Positions 50,718 to 60,712 are shown, numbered from the stretch's first letter. The stretch: DNA of 64,000 bases from an uncultured Bacteroidota bacterium (GCA_963809695.1 CAWEKI010000001.1:21018-85017), one strand, 5' to 3'. The notes: generated by a model not told the origin, from the letters alone. Made by a program: numbers and translations.

Positions 50718-50792
50718 GACGGCCGCTGCACTGCTCATGCTTCCTGTGGCTTTGCTGTTGAAATGCATCGATCGTTTTGAGGAGACAATACC

Positions 50793-52478
50793 ATGAAAGT
50801 CATTATAGTTGGTGGAGTGGCAGGCGGAGCCTCCTGTGCGGCGCGTCTGCGCAGATTGGATGAGAAGGCTGAAATCGTGCTCGTGGAACGCGGACCGTAT
50901 GTCTCATACGCGAATTGCGGCCTTCCGTACCATGTCGGGGGTTCGATAGAACAGGAATCCAGCCTCCTGGTGGCGACGGAACAGATGTTCCGTGCAGTAT
51001 TCGCGATCGATTGCAGGACAAGCTGCGAAGTAATCGGCATTTCAGCCAAAGAGAAAACAGTCAAGCTCAAGAATCACGCAAATGGTGAAGTGACCACTGA
51101 GAAATATGACAAACTGGTGCTTTCCCCCGGGGCGGCGCCGATCCGTCCGCCGCTTCCGGGGATTGATCTCCCGGGAATATTTTCTGTAAGAACAGTACCT
51201 GATGCGAGACATATGCGCGAATGGTTAGACCGTGATATATTAAATACCGGAATGAATGAATACAGCGGCGTTAACACAATTGCAAAACCCCTCAATGCAG
51301 TTGTCGTTGGAGGTGGATTCATAGGTCTGGAGATGGTTGAAAACTTAGTGCATCGCGGACTTAATGTAATATTGGTTGAAAAGTTAGATCAGGTTATGCC
51401 GCCGCTCGATCCTGAAATGGCTCTTGTAGTAAAACGTTATATGGAAAGACACGGCGTTAAAGTTGAACTTAATGATGGCGTTGCAGGATTTCGTAAATCT
51501 GATGATGGAATGATTGAAGTACGTACGGAATCAGGAAAAGTTTACCCTGCAGAAATTGTTATCCTTGCAATCGGTGTTAAGCCCGAAACAGAATTAGCGA
51601 AGATGGCAGGAATCGAACTCGGTAAAAGAGGAGGATTTAAAGTTGATGATCAGATGCGGACTTCAAACGCAGATATCTTTGCTGTTGGTGATGCAGTTGA
51701 AGTAAAAGATTTCGTTACCGGAGAAATGACTCTTATTCCCCTTGCAGGACCGGCAAACCGGCAAGGAAGAATTGTCGCTGATGTTCTTTGCGGTCGTAAT
51801 TCGCGCTATCGTGGTACACAGGGGACCTCAATCTGCAAAATATTTGATGCGGCAATTTCACAAACAGGTGTGAGTGAAAAAACACTTACAAGACTTGGTG
51901 TGACCGACTATGAAAAGATTTACACATATCCGAACTCGCACGCGGGATATTATCCCGGCGCAAAAATACTTGTTATAAAAACTCTGTTCCGCAAATCCGA
52001 CGGGAAAGTGCTTGGTGCCCAGGTGCTTGGTGAAGAGGGTGTTCCCAAAAGAATTGACTCTTTTGCAATGGCCATTCAGATGGGCTGCACTATTTACGAT
52101 CTGGAAGAATCAGAACTCTGTTACGCCCCGCCATTTGGTAGTGCCAAAGACCCGGTTAACTTTGCAGGCATGGTTGCAGGAGATATTCTGCGGGACGATA
52201 TGCCGATCATCCACTGGGATACGCTTGGTAACGGGTTCATTTTAGATGTGCGTAATCCGCAAGAACTTGAAGTAGAGTCTGTTCCCGGCGCTGTGAATAT
52301 CCCTTTGCCGCAACTTCGGTCCCGTCTGGGAGAACTTCCTCGTGATCGAGAAATCCATGTCCTTTGCCGTTCAGCTCAGCGAGCCTATTATGCCACTCGC
52401 ATACTTCTGCAAAATGGATTCACAGCAAAGAATATTTCCGGCGGAATGCTTGCGCGTTCACATCGTGCGGTGAGTTAG
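50793..52478 (+). CDS. CoADR-RHD flavoprotein, copy 2 (mosaic: high-GC 5' ~390 bp nearly identical to copy 1, remainder low-GC)
   Basis: Same motifs as copy 1. First ~390 nt are near-identical to 42882-43270 at nucleotide level. From ~51180 codon usage shifts to A/T-rich (tta, aaa, gat). Confidence 0.8.
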   Translation: MKVIIVGGVAGGASCAARLRRLDEKAEIVLVERGPYVSYANCGLPYHVGGSIEQESSLLVATEQMFRAVFAIDCRTSCEVIGISAKEKTVKLKNHANGEVTTEKYDKLVLSPGAAPIRPPLPGIDLPGIFSVRTVPDARHMREWLDRDILNTGMNEYSGVNTIAKPLNAVVVGGGFIGLEMVENLVHRGLNVILVEKLDQVMPPLDPEMALVVKRYMERHGVKVELNDGVAGFRKSDDGMIEVRTESGKVYPAEIVILAIGVKPETELAKMAGIELGKRGGFKVDDQMRTSNADIFAVGDAVEVKDFVTGEMTLIPLAGPANRQGRIVADVLCGRNSRYRGTQGTSICKIFDAAISQTGVSEKTLTRLGVTDYEKIYTYPNSHAGYYPGAKILVIKTLFRKSDGKVLGAQVLGEEGVPKRIDSFAMAIQMGCTIYDLEESELCYAPPFGSAKDPVNFAGMVAGDILRDDMPIIHWDTLGNGFILDVRNPQELEVESVPGAVNIPLPQLRSRLGELPRDREIHVLCRSAQRAYYATRILLQNGFTAKNISGGMLARSHRAVS

Positions 52479-52492
52479 AAAGGAGATCTTTC

Positions 52493-53371
52493 ATGAACGA
52501 AATCTTGGAGTTTTGTCAGTCTATATTTAATCCACTGGTAATTGTATTTACTGTTTCAAACCTCTTAAGCATGGGCCTTCAGGTTAACCTGGGCAAGATG
52601 TTCAAAAAAATTGGAGATCTGAAGTTCCTGGGACTTACGTTCGGATACGGCTGGGTGGTAGGCCCCGCTGTCGCTTATCTGATCACCTTGTTAATTCCAC
52701 TGGATTCAACATATGTAATCGTGTTGTTCATCGGTAGTCTGGCCCCGTGTGCACCATTTCTCCCACCGCTTCTCCCCAAAGCGCATGGAGACGTTGTCTT
52801 CGCAGGAGCCTTCATACCGGTTGCGGCGATCGGCACATCCGTGCTAATGCCACTATTTGCACCGTTCCTGGCAAAGGGCATAGAATTGAGCGTAATGTCG
52901 CTCCTGAAACCGCTCTTTATGACGGTGCTCGTACCTTTGCTGATTGGCGCTTTAATCAAGACTTATGCTAGTAAAGTGGTCGACAAAATCTTCCAGCCTG
53001 TAAAGAAACTGGCGGGCTTGGCTACGTTGTTGACAATTGTTTTCTGTCTTTTGCTCTATTACAAACAGATGTGGGCTACTGCCGGCAGCTTTGCAATGCT
53101 TTCGCTGACCATTTTTATGGTTGTGATGGCACTGCTCTCCTTTTATTTCGGATTCGGCCTTAAGCGGGGTGAGAGAATAGTCCTGTCACTGGGAATGGGC
53201 ACACGGAACATAGCCGCTGTCTTGATAGGAGTTCTTGCTATTCCGGATGTAAAACCAAATATGGTGGCGATGGTTATCATTTGGACGTTGTGGTCTTTCA
53301 TCCTCAGCGTAGTTGTTGCCCCGCTTATGGGTAAAAAGGATGGCAAGGCAGGCGAGGAAGTTAAAGCATGA
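52493..53371 (+). CDS. bile acid:sodium symporter (BASS/SBF)-like transporter
   Basis: ~290 aa polytopic membrane protein with BASS-like helix pattern. ATG 52493 sits after the upstream stop; the ORF-track start 52364 overlaps the CoADR gene. Low-GC. Confidence 0.5.
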   Translation: MNEILEFCQSIFNPLVIVFTVSNLLSMGLQVNLGKMFKKIGDLKFLGLTFGYGWVVGPAVAYLITLLIPLDSTYVIVLFIGSLAPCAPFLPPLLPKAHGDVVFAGAFIPVAAIGTSVLMPLFAPFLAKGIELSVMSLLKPLFMTVLVPLLIGALIKTYASKVVDKIFQPVKKLAGLATLLTIVFCLLLYYKQMWATAGSFAMLSLTIFMVVMALLSFYFGFGLKRGERIVLSLGMGTRNIAAVLIGVLAIPDVKPNMVAMVIIWTLWSFILSVVVAPLMGKKDGKAGEEVKA

Positions 53372-53456
53372 GCTCACCCGGTAAACAATGAAGACCATGA
53401 AAAGCTTATTAATGATTCGCCACGAAGGTAGAAGCGTATGAGGGCACAGGATATTT

Positions 53457-53770
53457 TTGGCATTGCTGCAATCCTCTACTGCGCCTATGTTACCCATTTT
53501 GATCAGGAAAGCCATGGCAGATATGGACGTCTCCGCCGCTATGATGCCCTTAGCGGTGGTAGGGACGGTGGTGTTGATGCCACTGATCGCACCCATGCTG
53601 ATTTCCAGGGTATCGGTCAGCAGTTTCGCGCTCGCCAAACAACTTGTTCTCACGGTGCTGCTGCCGCTTGTAGTCGGCGTTGTTATTAAGGTATATGCGA
53701 TCAAATTGGCAGATAAAATTTTGCCCTATTTCAAAAGACTCGCAGGCCTTACTTGTATTCAGGTGCAACT
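53457..53770 (+). pseudogene. duplicated fragment of the BASS-like gene (C-terminal half), fused in frame to the next gene
   Basis: ...AMMPLAVVGTVVLMPLIAPML...LLPLVVGVVIKVYAIKLADKILPYFKRLAGL parallels residues ~150-230 of the 52493 protein (...FIPVAAIGTSVLMPLFAPFLA...LVPLLIGALIKTYASKVVDKIFQPVKKLAGL). Confidence 0.45.
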
Positions 53771-53774
53771 AACA

Positions 53775-54581
53775 ATGAAACTAATCATCCTGTTGATCAG
53801 TATTTTCATTACCGTTTCTGCATTAGCACAGGAGGAACAAAAACCGGCATCAAATGATCCAGCAGAAATTGCCAAAGCACTGGCAAATCCTATTGGAGCA
53901 CTAATTAGTGTGCCCTTTCAGAATAATATGGACATAGGAATCGGAGAAACCAATGGTTCGCGAAACACACTTAACTTTCAACCAATCATTCCGTTTAGCC
54001 TAAGTGAAAAATTCAGTCTGATTACAAGATATATTCTACCTGTAATAGCACAATATGACATTACAGGCGAAGGCACTCAGCAAACTGGACTGGCTGATGC
54101 ACTGGTGAGTGGATGGATTTCTAATGCTGTAGTAAAAGATGGATTTGTATGGGGATTGGGCTCTGCATTTCTAATTCCCACTGCAACCAATGATATGTTA
54201 GGCACAACAAAGTTTGGTATTGGCCCAACTGCGATAGCTCTAAAACAAGCGAATGGCTGGACATATGGCGCGTTGATAAATCAAGTCTGGTCAGTTGCCG
54301 GCGATGAAAACAGAGCGGATGTTAACCAGATGTATTTGCAGCCTTTTGTAACTTATAACTGGAAAAGTGGAACGGGATTAACCGTGAACGCGGAATTAAC
54401 TCAAAACTGGCAGGCTAGTAGTACAACAGCTTTTATCAATATAGTGGCAGGGGGATTATTAAAGTTCGGTGAACAATTAATTCAATTCCAAGTTGGTCCA
54501 CGGCTACAGGTAGCCGCCCCTGAAGGAGGCAGATCTGATTTTGGTGTTAGGACTGCAGTGATATTTGTTTTTCCGAAGTAA
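53775..54581 (+). CDS. secreted / outer-membrane protein of unknown function
   Basis: Signal peptide MKLIILLISIFITVSALAQE; beta-rich; ends ...VIFVFPK. Lowest-GC gene in the window. Confidence 0.4.
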   Translation: MKLIILLISIFITVSALAQEEQKPASNDPAEIAKALANPIGALISVPFQNNMDIGIGETNGSRNTLNFQPIIPFSLSEKFSLITRYILPVIAQYDITGEGTQQTGLADALVSGWISNAVVKDGFVWGLGSAFLIPTATNDMLGTTKFGIGPTAIALKQANGWTYGALINQVWSVAGDENRADVNQMYLQPFVTYNWKSGTGLTVNAELTQNWQASSTTAFINIVAGGLLKFGEQLIQFQVGPRLQVAAPEGGRSDFGVRTAVIFVFPK

Positions 54582-54603
54582 TGAATATATATCTTAAACA
54601 CCT

Positions 54604-56406
54604 ATGAAAATGAATTCAATAGATGAAGCAGAAGGCAAAACGGGAAAGGCATCCCTGATGGGAGTGCTTAGGGGTTATTTGCCCATCCTTGATTGGGGAG
54701 CAAAATACACCAGCAAGACATTTACAAACGACATGATCGTTGCGCTGATTGTAACGATGATGTTGATCCCGCAGTCGCTGGCCTATGCGTTGCTTGCGGG
54801 GCTGCCGGCAGAGGTCGGACTGTATGCCTCGATGGCGCCGCTCGTGCTCTATGCGATCTTCGGCACATCCCGCACGCTCGCGGTCGGTCCCGTGGCGGTG
54901 GCCAGCCTCATGACCGCGGCAGCAGCCGGACAGCTCGCCTCCCAGGGAACACCGGAATATCTGGGGGCTGCCATCGCGCTCGCTATGGTCTCAGGTTTGT
55001 TGCTGCTCGCAATGGGGTTTCTGAAGCTTGGGTTTCTTGCAAATTTCCTCAGCCACCCCGTCATCTCGGGATTCATTACAGCTTCCGGTATTCAGATCGC
55101 TGCAGGTCAGCTCGGACCCGTTCTCGGGATACATGTTGAAGGAGAAAGTTTTCTGGATATTGTTATTTCGTTATGGCACACTATTACTCACATCCATCTC
55201 GCAACCGCAGCCATCGGTATCGGCTCTCTCATCTTTCTCTTCTGGGTTCGCAGCGGACTGAAGCCGCTTCTGGTCCACTTCGGACTGGGTGCGCGTGTCT
55301 CCGACATACTGGTTAAAGTTGGTCCTGTTGTGGCCATCATTGCAGCTATTCTCATAGTGTGGACCTTTGGTCTGTCTGATAAAGGGGTAAAAATTGTCGG
55401 AACGGTGCCCGGTGGTTTACCAAAACTTGCCATGCCGCCGATGGATATGGCACTCTGGATGAAGATCCTCGTGCCGGCGCTTCTGATCTCCATAATAGGC
55501 TATGTTGAGTCAATCTCGGTTGCTCTTACTCTTGCTGCCAAACGTCGTCATCGCGTCGACCCCGACCAGGAGTTGATCGCGCTTGGCATGTCCAACGTCG
55601 GTGCGGCCCTGTCGGGCGGATTTCCGGTGACGGGCGGCTTCGCTCGCTCGGTGGTAAACTTTGAAGCTGGCGCTGAGACGCCCGCTGCCGGGGCATTCAC
55701 GGCGGTCGGCATCGCTCTCACCACGATGTTTCTTACTCCGCTTCTGTTCTTTCTGCCGAACGCAACGCTCGCCGCCACCATTATCGTTGCGGTCCTGTCG
55801 CTGGTGAATCTCAGCGCGCTCAAGCTCACGTGGCACTATTCGTGGACCGATGGCGCGGCGATGGCCGCCACTATCCTCCTCACCTTGGTCGAGGGCGTGG
55901 AAGCGGGGCTGTTGGCGGGCGTGGGTCTCGCCATCTTCCTCCATCTTTACCAAACGTCGAAGCCGCATGTGGCGGTCGTGGGCCAGATCCCGGGCACCAT
56001 GAATTTCCGCAACGTGGCCCGGCATACGGTGGTGACTGATCCCGAGTTTCTATCGCTCCGGGTGGACGCCAGTCTCTATTTCCCGAACGCACGCTTCATC
56101 GAGGACTACATCAACGGGGCGGTTGCGGCCAACCCGACTGTCCGCCACGTCATCCTTGAATGCGCGGCGGTGAATGCGATTGACGCCTCGGCGCTGGAAA
56201 GCCTCGAGGCGATTAACCACCGGCTCAAGGATGGCGGAATTACCCTCCACCTCTCCGAGGTAAAGGGCCCAATCATGGACCGCCTGAAGCGGTCGCATTT
56301 CCTGGAAGAGCTGACCGGCAAAGTCCACCTTACCCAATATGATGCCGTTTCCAGTATCAAACCAGATTTGGCGTCGCATACGTTGGAAGCAAAGAGACCT
56401 TCATGA
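54604..56406 (+). CDS. SulP-family anion transporter with C-terminal STAS domain
   Basis: 600 aa; SulP TM core; C-terminal STAS region (...VILECAAVNAIDASALESLEAINHRLKDGGITLHLSEVKGP...). Confidence 0.85.
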   Translation: MKMNSIDEAEGKTGKASLMGVLRGYLPILDWGAKYTSKTFTNDMIVALIVTMMLIPQSLAYALLAGLPAEVGLYASMAPLVLYAIFGTSRTLAVGPVAVASLMTAAAAGQLASQGTPEYLGAAIALAMVSGLLLLAMGFLKLGFLANFLSHPVISGFITASGIQIAAGQLGPVLGIHVEGESFLDIVISLWHTITHIHLATAAIGIGSLIFLFWVRSGLKPLLVHFGLGARVSDILVKVGPVVAIIAAILIVWTFGLSDKGVKIVGTVPGGLPKLAMPPMDMALWMKILVPALLISIIGYVESISVALTLAAKRRHRVDPDQELIALGMSNVGAALSGGFPVTGGFARSVVNFEAGAETPAAGAFTAVGIALTTMFLTPLLFFLPNATLAATIIVAVLSLVNLSALKLTWHYSWTDGAAMAATILLTLVEGVEAGLLAGVGLAIFLHLYQTSKPHVAVVGQIPGTMNFRNVARHTVVTDPEFLSLRVDASLYFPNARFIEDYINGAVAANPTVRHVILECAAVNAIDASALESLEAINHRLKDGGITLHLSEVKGPIMDRLKRSHFLEELTGKVHLTQYDAVSSIKPDLASHTLEAKRPS

Positions 56407-56586
56407 AAGGAGACAAGAGACATTCAAGAGGATAGGGCAGTCCCTGTAACTTGACTTCCAAGTCGTCACACCATAGAACAGTTTTATCCACGCGATCGGT
56501 CACGGTTGAAGAGAAACCACCATCACTTCCGGTCCGGTGAGCGTCAACACAACATATCGCCACACATGTGAAAAGGAGACATTATC

Positions 56587-57774
56587 ATGACAGACGCAAA
56601 AGTGAAAGCGACGACGTTCGAAAATACGAAAATGAGCGTTGTCCCATTGAAATGGAACGAGGTGTATTACACCAACTGTCCGCTCGTGTCCGCCAGCAAT
56701 GTGGACCAGGAACTCGGCTGGACCAGAGAGGAGTTCAAGAAGATCGGCGTGAAGTACGCCTTTATGCGCTCCGCCCGCGAGAACGACTGGTACCCGCACT
56801 ACATCCATAACCTCGACAACCTCATTCGTTTCGGCGGTTTATTCCCGCCCATCCATGTTCACGCCGACATCCGCCGGACCAGGCTCCTGGGGGTGACGCA
56901 TGTATACGAAGGCGGCGTAATGCTGGTGCGCTCCAGGGACAAGATCTACCGGATGACCGATCTGAAAGGAAAGAAGATCGGCCTCTCGAAGAGCATGAAC
57001 ACCATCAAGACCGACTGGTGGCGCATCCAGGAGGAACAAGGCATCGAGCTTATGCTCATGATGAACGGCATGACCCGCAAGGACGTCGAGATCGTTGAGT
57101 TCCCCTACCCGGATGACTGGTACAACGATGCCAGGATGCTGGATCCTATGGAAAACCCATCTGAACTCTGGCTTAAGCGTGATCACAAGCGCGACCTGGC
57201 CTTCCGTCCATTGGAGACGGCCCTGGAAAAGGGCGTGGTCGATGCCGTCTATAGCCAAAGCAAAGTCTTGAGTGTTCTCTCAGAGGCAACAGGCAAGTTC
57301 AAGGCGATCGAGGACCTGTCCCGGTATCCGGACTGGACCCTGCAGGTGGCCAATGTCCCCGCCGTCATCACCTGTACGGACGTCATGGCCGAGAAACATC
57401 CCGAGCTGGTCGTCGCGTTCATGAAGGGCATGATTAAGGTGGGGCGCTGGGCCAACGAGAACAAGCACGCTGCGGCCGCGATCCTCGACAAGCAAACGTT
57501 CTATTTAGACGTCGAAGATACGTACAGAGGCATCAAAAACATCGACATGGTGCCCAACCTGTCGCCCCAGAACCTGGTCTCCGTTGAGATCGGGAAAGAC
57601 TTTATGCTGAGTCACGGATATATCAAGCACGACTTCGAAGTACAGAAGTGGGCCGCGCCGGAGTTCCTCGAACGGGCAGCCAGAGAATTGTTGGAAGAAC
57701 AATGGAAAAAGGTGACCACGTCAAAGCTTCCCGAGACGGCTTCGCCTCTGGCATCTGGAGATCGGCTCGGGTAG
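56587..57774 (+). CDS. SBP-fold protein (SsuA/NMT1/THI5-like), candidate DszB-type sulfinate desulfinase homolog
   Basis: No signal peptide. YTNCPLVSA (cf. DszB YSNCPVP with catalytic Cys), RFGGLFPPI (cf. RFGGEIPPL), RRTRLLGVT, C-terminal QKWAAPEFL (cf. DszB QWAAPEFL). Comparison is to DszB recalled from memory. Confidence 0.4.
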   Translation: MTDAKVKATTFENTKMSVVPLKWNEVYYTNCPLVSASNVDQELGWTREEFKKIGVKYAFMRSARENDWYPHYIHNLDNLIRFGGLFPPIHVHADIRRTRLLGVTHVYEGGVMLVRSRDKIYRMTDLKGKKIGLSKSMNTIKTDWWRIQEEQGIELMLMMNGMTRKDVEIVEFPYPDDWYNDARMLDPMENPSELWLKRDHKRDLAFRPLETALEKGVVDAVYSQSKVLSVLSEATGKFKAIEDLSRYPDWTLQVANVPAVITCTDVMAEKHPELVVAFMKGMIKVGRWANENKHAAAAILDKQTFYLDVEDTYRGIKNIDMVPNLSPQNLVSVEIGKDFMLSHGYIKHDFEVQKWAAPEFLERAARELLEEQWKKVTTSKLPETASPLASGDRLG

Positions 57775-57831
57775 TCAGGAGGAGACATGATGAGGAGGAA
57801 AACGATGAGACGGTCATGATGTGTTCTTGAG

Positions 57832-58160
57832 TTGTGTCTGTTGTTCATTCCCGTGATTACACTGACCCAGGGGGAGCCTGGGTGGGGCAAGATGTCCCTC
57901 GGCACGAGCGTCGAGCTGAATCTTCCTGTCGGAGATTTCAGCCCTATCGCAGGTACCGGGTACGGTGGCGACGTTCGATGCCGTATGGAAGCGATTCACG
58001 CACGGCCTTTGCGGCCACGGCAGAGTACCTTGTCTGGGGGAAGAAGGATTGGACGACCAATCCGTTGGTTCAGCCAAAGGCTTTCAACATTTTCCTCGGA
58101 GGGAAGTACTATTCAGATCGAGTGAATCCAAAGTCCAGGGAAATATCGTACAACCGGAGG
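57832..58160 (+). pseudogene. frameshifted, truncated copy of the OMP gene at 50187-50717
   Basis: Two overlapping frames each carry part of the OMP sequence (GEPGWGKMSLGTSVELNLPVGDFSPIAGTGYGGDVR / SRTAFAATAEYLVWGKKDWTTNPLVQPKAFNIFLGGKYY), then it terminates early. Confidence 0.55.
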
Positions 58161-58164
58161 ACGT

Positions 58165-58947
58165 ATGATGTACACGACCATGCTTGTGGGCGTGATTACA
58201 CTCGTCGGGCTCTTCCTGGGAATGATCATCTTCCTGGAGATCGGCCGCCGTCTCAGACAACGGTTATTGTCCCAGGATATCGAGAAGGTCAGCGGCGCTT
58301 TGAGCGTGGTGGAAGGGGCACTCTTCGGCTTGATGGGCCTGGTCATTGCGTTCACATTCTCGGGGGCGGCCTCTCGATTCGATGAGAGGCGGCATCTGAT
58401 AGTGGAGGAGGCCAATGACATCGGTACTGCGTACCTGCGTCTCGACGTACTTGCGAAAGAATCTCAGCCGCAGATTCGGGAGATGATGCGCCGGTACGTC
58501 GACGCCCGGATTCAAACCTACAGGGTATTGCCCGATTATGATGCGGCGCTCGTTCAGATCGCGAAGGCCAATGAAATCCAGCGGGAGATCTGGAATCACG
58601 CCGTCGGCGCTACGAGTGAAGCAACGAACCCGCAAGCGGCGATGATCCTCCTCCCTGCACTGAACGAAATGTTCGATATCGCGAACACACGTTTCTGGGC
58701 TGGCCAGATCCACCCCCCGCCGTTGATCTTTGGGCTCCTCGGCGTTCTCGCACTTGTCTGCGCACTCCTAGCCGGGTATGGCATGGCGGGAAGGACAACG
58801 CGGAGCTGGATCCATATCGTGGCCTTCGCCATCATCCTTACCCTCACTGTCTACGTCATCGTCGACATGGAGTACCCGCGTATGGGATTCATCCGAGTCG
58901 ACTCGTTTGACCAGGCCCTGGTGGACGTACGGGCAGCCATGCAGTGA
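58165..58947 (+). CDS. hypothetical membrane protein (TM segments at both termini)
   Basis: N- and C-terminal hydrophobic helices around a charged helical core; no motif recognised. Confidence 0.4.
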   Translation: MMYTTMLVGVITLVGLFLGMIIFLEIGRRLRQRLLSQDIEKVSGALSVVEGALFGLMGLVIAFTFSGAASRFDERRHLIVEEANDIGTAYLRLDVLAKESQPQIREMMRRYVDARIQTYRVLPDYDAALVQIAKANEIQREIWNHAVGATSEATNPQAAMILLPALNEMFDIANTRFWAGQIHPPPLIFGLLGVLALVCALLAGYGMAGRTTRSWIHIVAFAIILTLTVYVIVDMEYPRMGFIRVDSFDQALVDVRAAMQ

Positions 58948-59263
58948 GTCGCCGCCCCGGGGGTCCGGATGGCCTAGCTTGGACTGGAAATCCATTGAAC
59001 CTTGGAAACACAAAGAGAACAGGGGAGCAGCTGGAGAAAAGGATTCCTGCGTGGCTTTCTCCGCCGCTATTTCCCCATCCCGACATGGGGCGCTGAAAAC
59101 TAAGGCAGGACGTTCACGGTGCCCTATCGTTTACAGGAAATGATAGTTGATGGGGCATTAGATTCTCGAACACTCCACGATGCGCGAGGTCGGGGATTGT
59201 GGGCTCCGGATTCGCACACAACAACTCACAGACCAATTCCTGATCGGGAAGCTCGGAACGTTT

Positions 59264-60217
59264 ATGACCAGACTCTTCGAAGTGACCCGGACCGGTCTTG
59301 TTGAGCAGCGCCCGACCGGCCGCACGGGCTTCCATTTGCCCCGCAAGTCAGTCTCCTGGTTCCTCATTCGTCGCGCCGGCCCATCATGGGACATCATGCA
59401 GGAGGGGCTGCCGTTCGACGACGCCACGCTTGCATGGATCGCGGCCCCCGACCAGCGGCCGACATTTCGCGTAAAGGGGAATCTCGCGCTCGTGGATTTC
59501 GCACTATACAATGGAGCCAACGATGAGCACCCGGATTACGTGAGAATAGCAATCGGAAGGAACCTCCTCATCACTATCGGCTCAGCCGAGTCAAACATGC
59601 TCGATTCGATGGCCGAGGCGCTCGGGCAGATCACATCCCCCGTCCAGCCAGTCGTTGAGGACATCCTCTACAACCTTATCAATGCTATGATCGCCGCTCA
59701 TGCGGAGGCTGCAGCGAACGTGAGGCGGCTCGTGAATGACATTGCCCTGAAGGTGGACAGCGACATTTCCTCCGTGGAAGTCAGAGAAATCCTGAAGGCC
59801 AAGACGCGGCTCGACCGTCTCTCGTATGTTCTGGAGGAACAGTCCATCAGCATCGGATTCTCGCCCCACATACGGTGGCGAGGAAGATCGGACCGAGTAC
59901 GCATCGAGTTTGCGAACCTCCGGACCTCATTGCGATCGTTAGAGACCTCCATGGACAACACCAGGAGCCGCCTGGATACTATCCATCACCAGTACGAACT
60001 CGTACTCCAGGAAGCGTCCAATAAGCGGCTGAACGTGCTGACGATCGTGCAAACGATTTTCGTGCCGCTGACGTTCCTCGCCGGGATCTATGGGATGAAC
60101 TTCAGCTACATGCCCGGGCTGGAATGGCGGTACGGATACTTTGCCGCGCTGGGCGTCATGTTGTTGATCACAGCCTTCTCCCTCCGTTACTTCGCCCGCC
60201 GTGGGTGGTTCAAGTAG
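59264..60217 (+). CDS. corA: CorA-family divalent cation (Mg2+/Co2+) transporter
   Basis: C-terminal two-TM region with the signature LAGIYGMNF (GMN motif). ATG 59264 preferred over ORF-track start 59180. Confidence 0.8.
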   Translation: MTRLFEVTRTGLVEQRPTGRTGFHLPRKSVSWFLIRRAGPSWDIMQEGLPFDDATLAWIAAPDQRPTFRVKGNLALVDFALYNGANDEHPDYVRIAIGRNLLITIGSAESNMLDSMAEALGQITSPVQPVVEDILYNLINAMIAAHAEAAANVRRLVNDIALKVDSDISSVEVREILKAKTRLDRLSYVLEEQSISIGFSPHIRWRGRSDRVRIEFANLRTSLRSLETSMDNTRSRLDTIHHQYELVLQEASNKRLNVLTIVQTIFVPLTFLAGIYGMNFSYMPGLEWRYGYFAALGVMLLITAFSLRYFARRGWFK

Positions 60218-60226
60218 GCGCCATGC

Positions 60227-60712
60227 TCACCCGGACCCTGCTGACACCCAGGTGACGGGCCAGGACCGCCTGGCTATCTTGGCAAACCAGCCAAGGCGGT
60301 CAGGATTGTAGCGATCAAAGATGGGAACGTATGGTTTGATATCCAGCAGTGGCGTTCCGTCCAGGATATCCACGTCTTCGATCCAAAGCACCCGGCCTTT
60401 GACGCCTGTTAGTCTCACGACGGATATCCCAATGGGGTTGGGTCGTTCAGGCGCTCGTGTGGCAAAGATGCCGTGCGGGCGTTTGTCCAGGAAGGGCGTG
60501 ACCTCCAGAGAACACCTCGTGGTGCGATGGAAATGGTAAAGGAGGATGACATGTGACAGTCCCCGAATACCTTTCAGGCCTTTGGCATACTTTGCCTTCA
60601 GTTCTATTGTTCCTTTGACACCTTTTGCGCCCCGAGGTTGAATTGGCATCCCCTTGGGATCAGTAAAGGGTGAGCGGATAGTGCCGATTGGAGTGTACCG
60701 TATCTGTTTCAT
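60227..60712 (-). CDS. tsaA: tRNA (adenine37-N6)-methyltransferase TrmO/TsaA (YaeB family)
   Basis: MKQIRYTPIGTIRSPFTDPKGMPIQP...GLSHVILLYHFH...RPNPIGISVVRL...LDGTPLLDIKPY: TsaA-like fold motifs. ATG 60712 preferred over the longer ORF to 60820. Confidence 0.8.
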   Translation of the reverse strand: MKQIRYTPIGTIRSPFTDPKGMPIQPRGAKGVKGTIELKAKYAKGLKGIRGLSHVILLYHFHRTTRCSLEVTPFLDKRPHGIFATRAPERPNPIGISVVRLTGVKGRVLWIEDVDILDGTPLLDIKPYVPIFDRYNPDRLGWFAKIARRSWPVTWVSAGSG

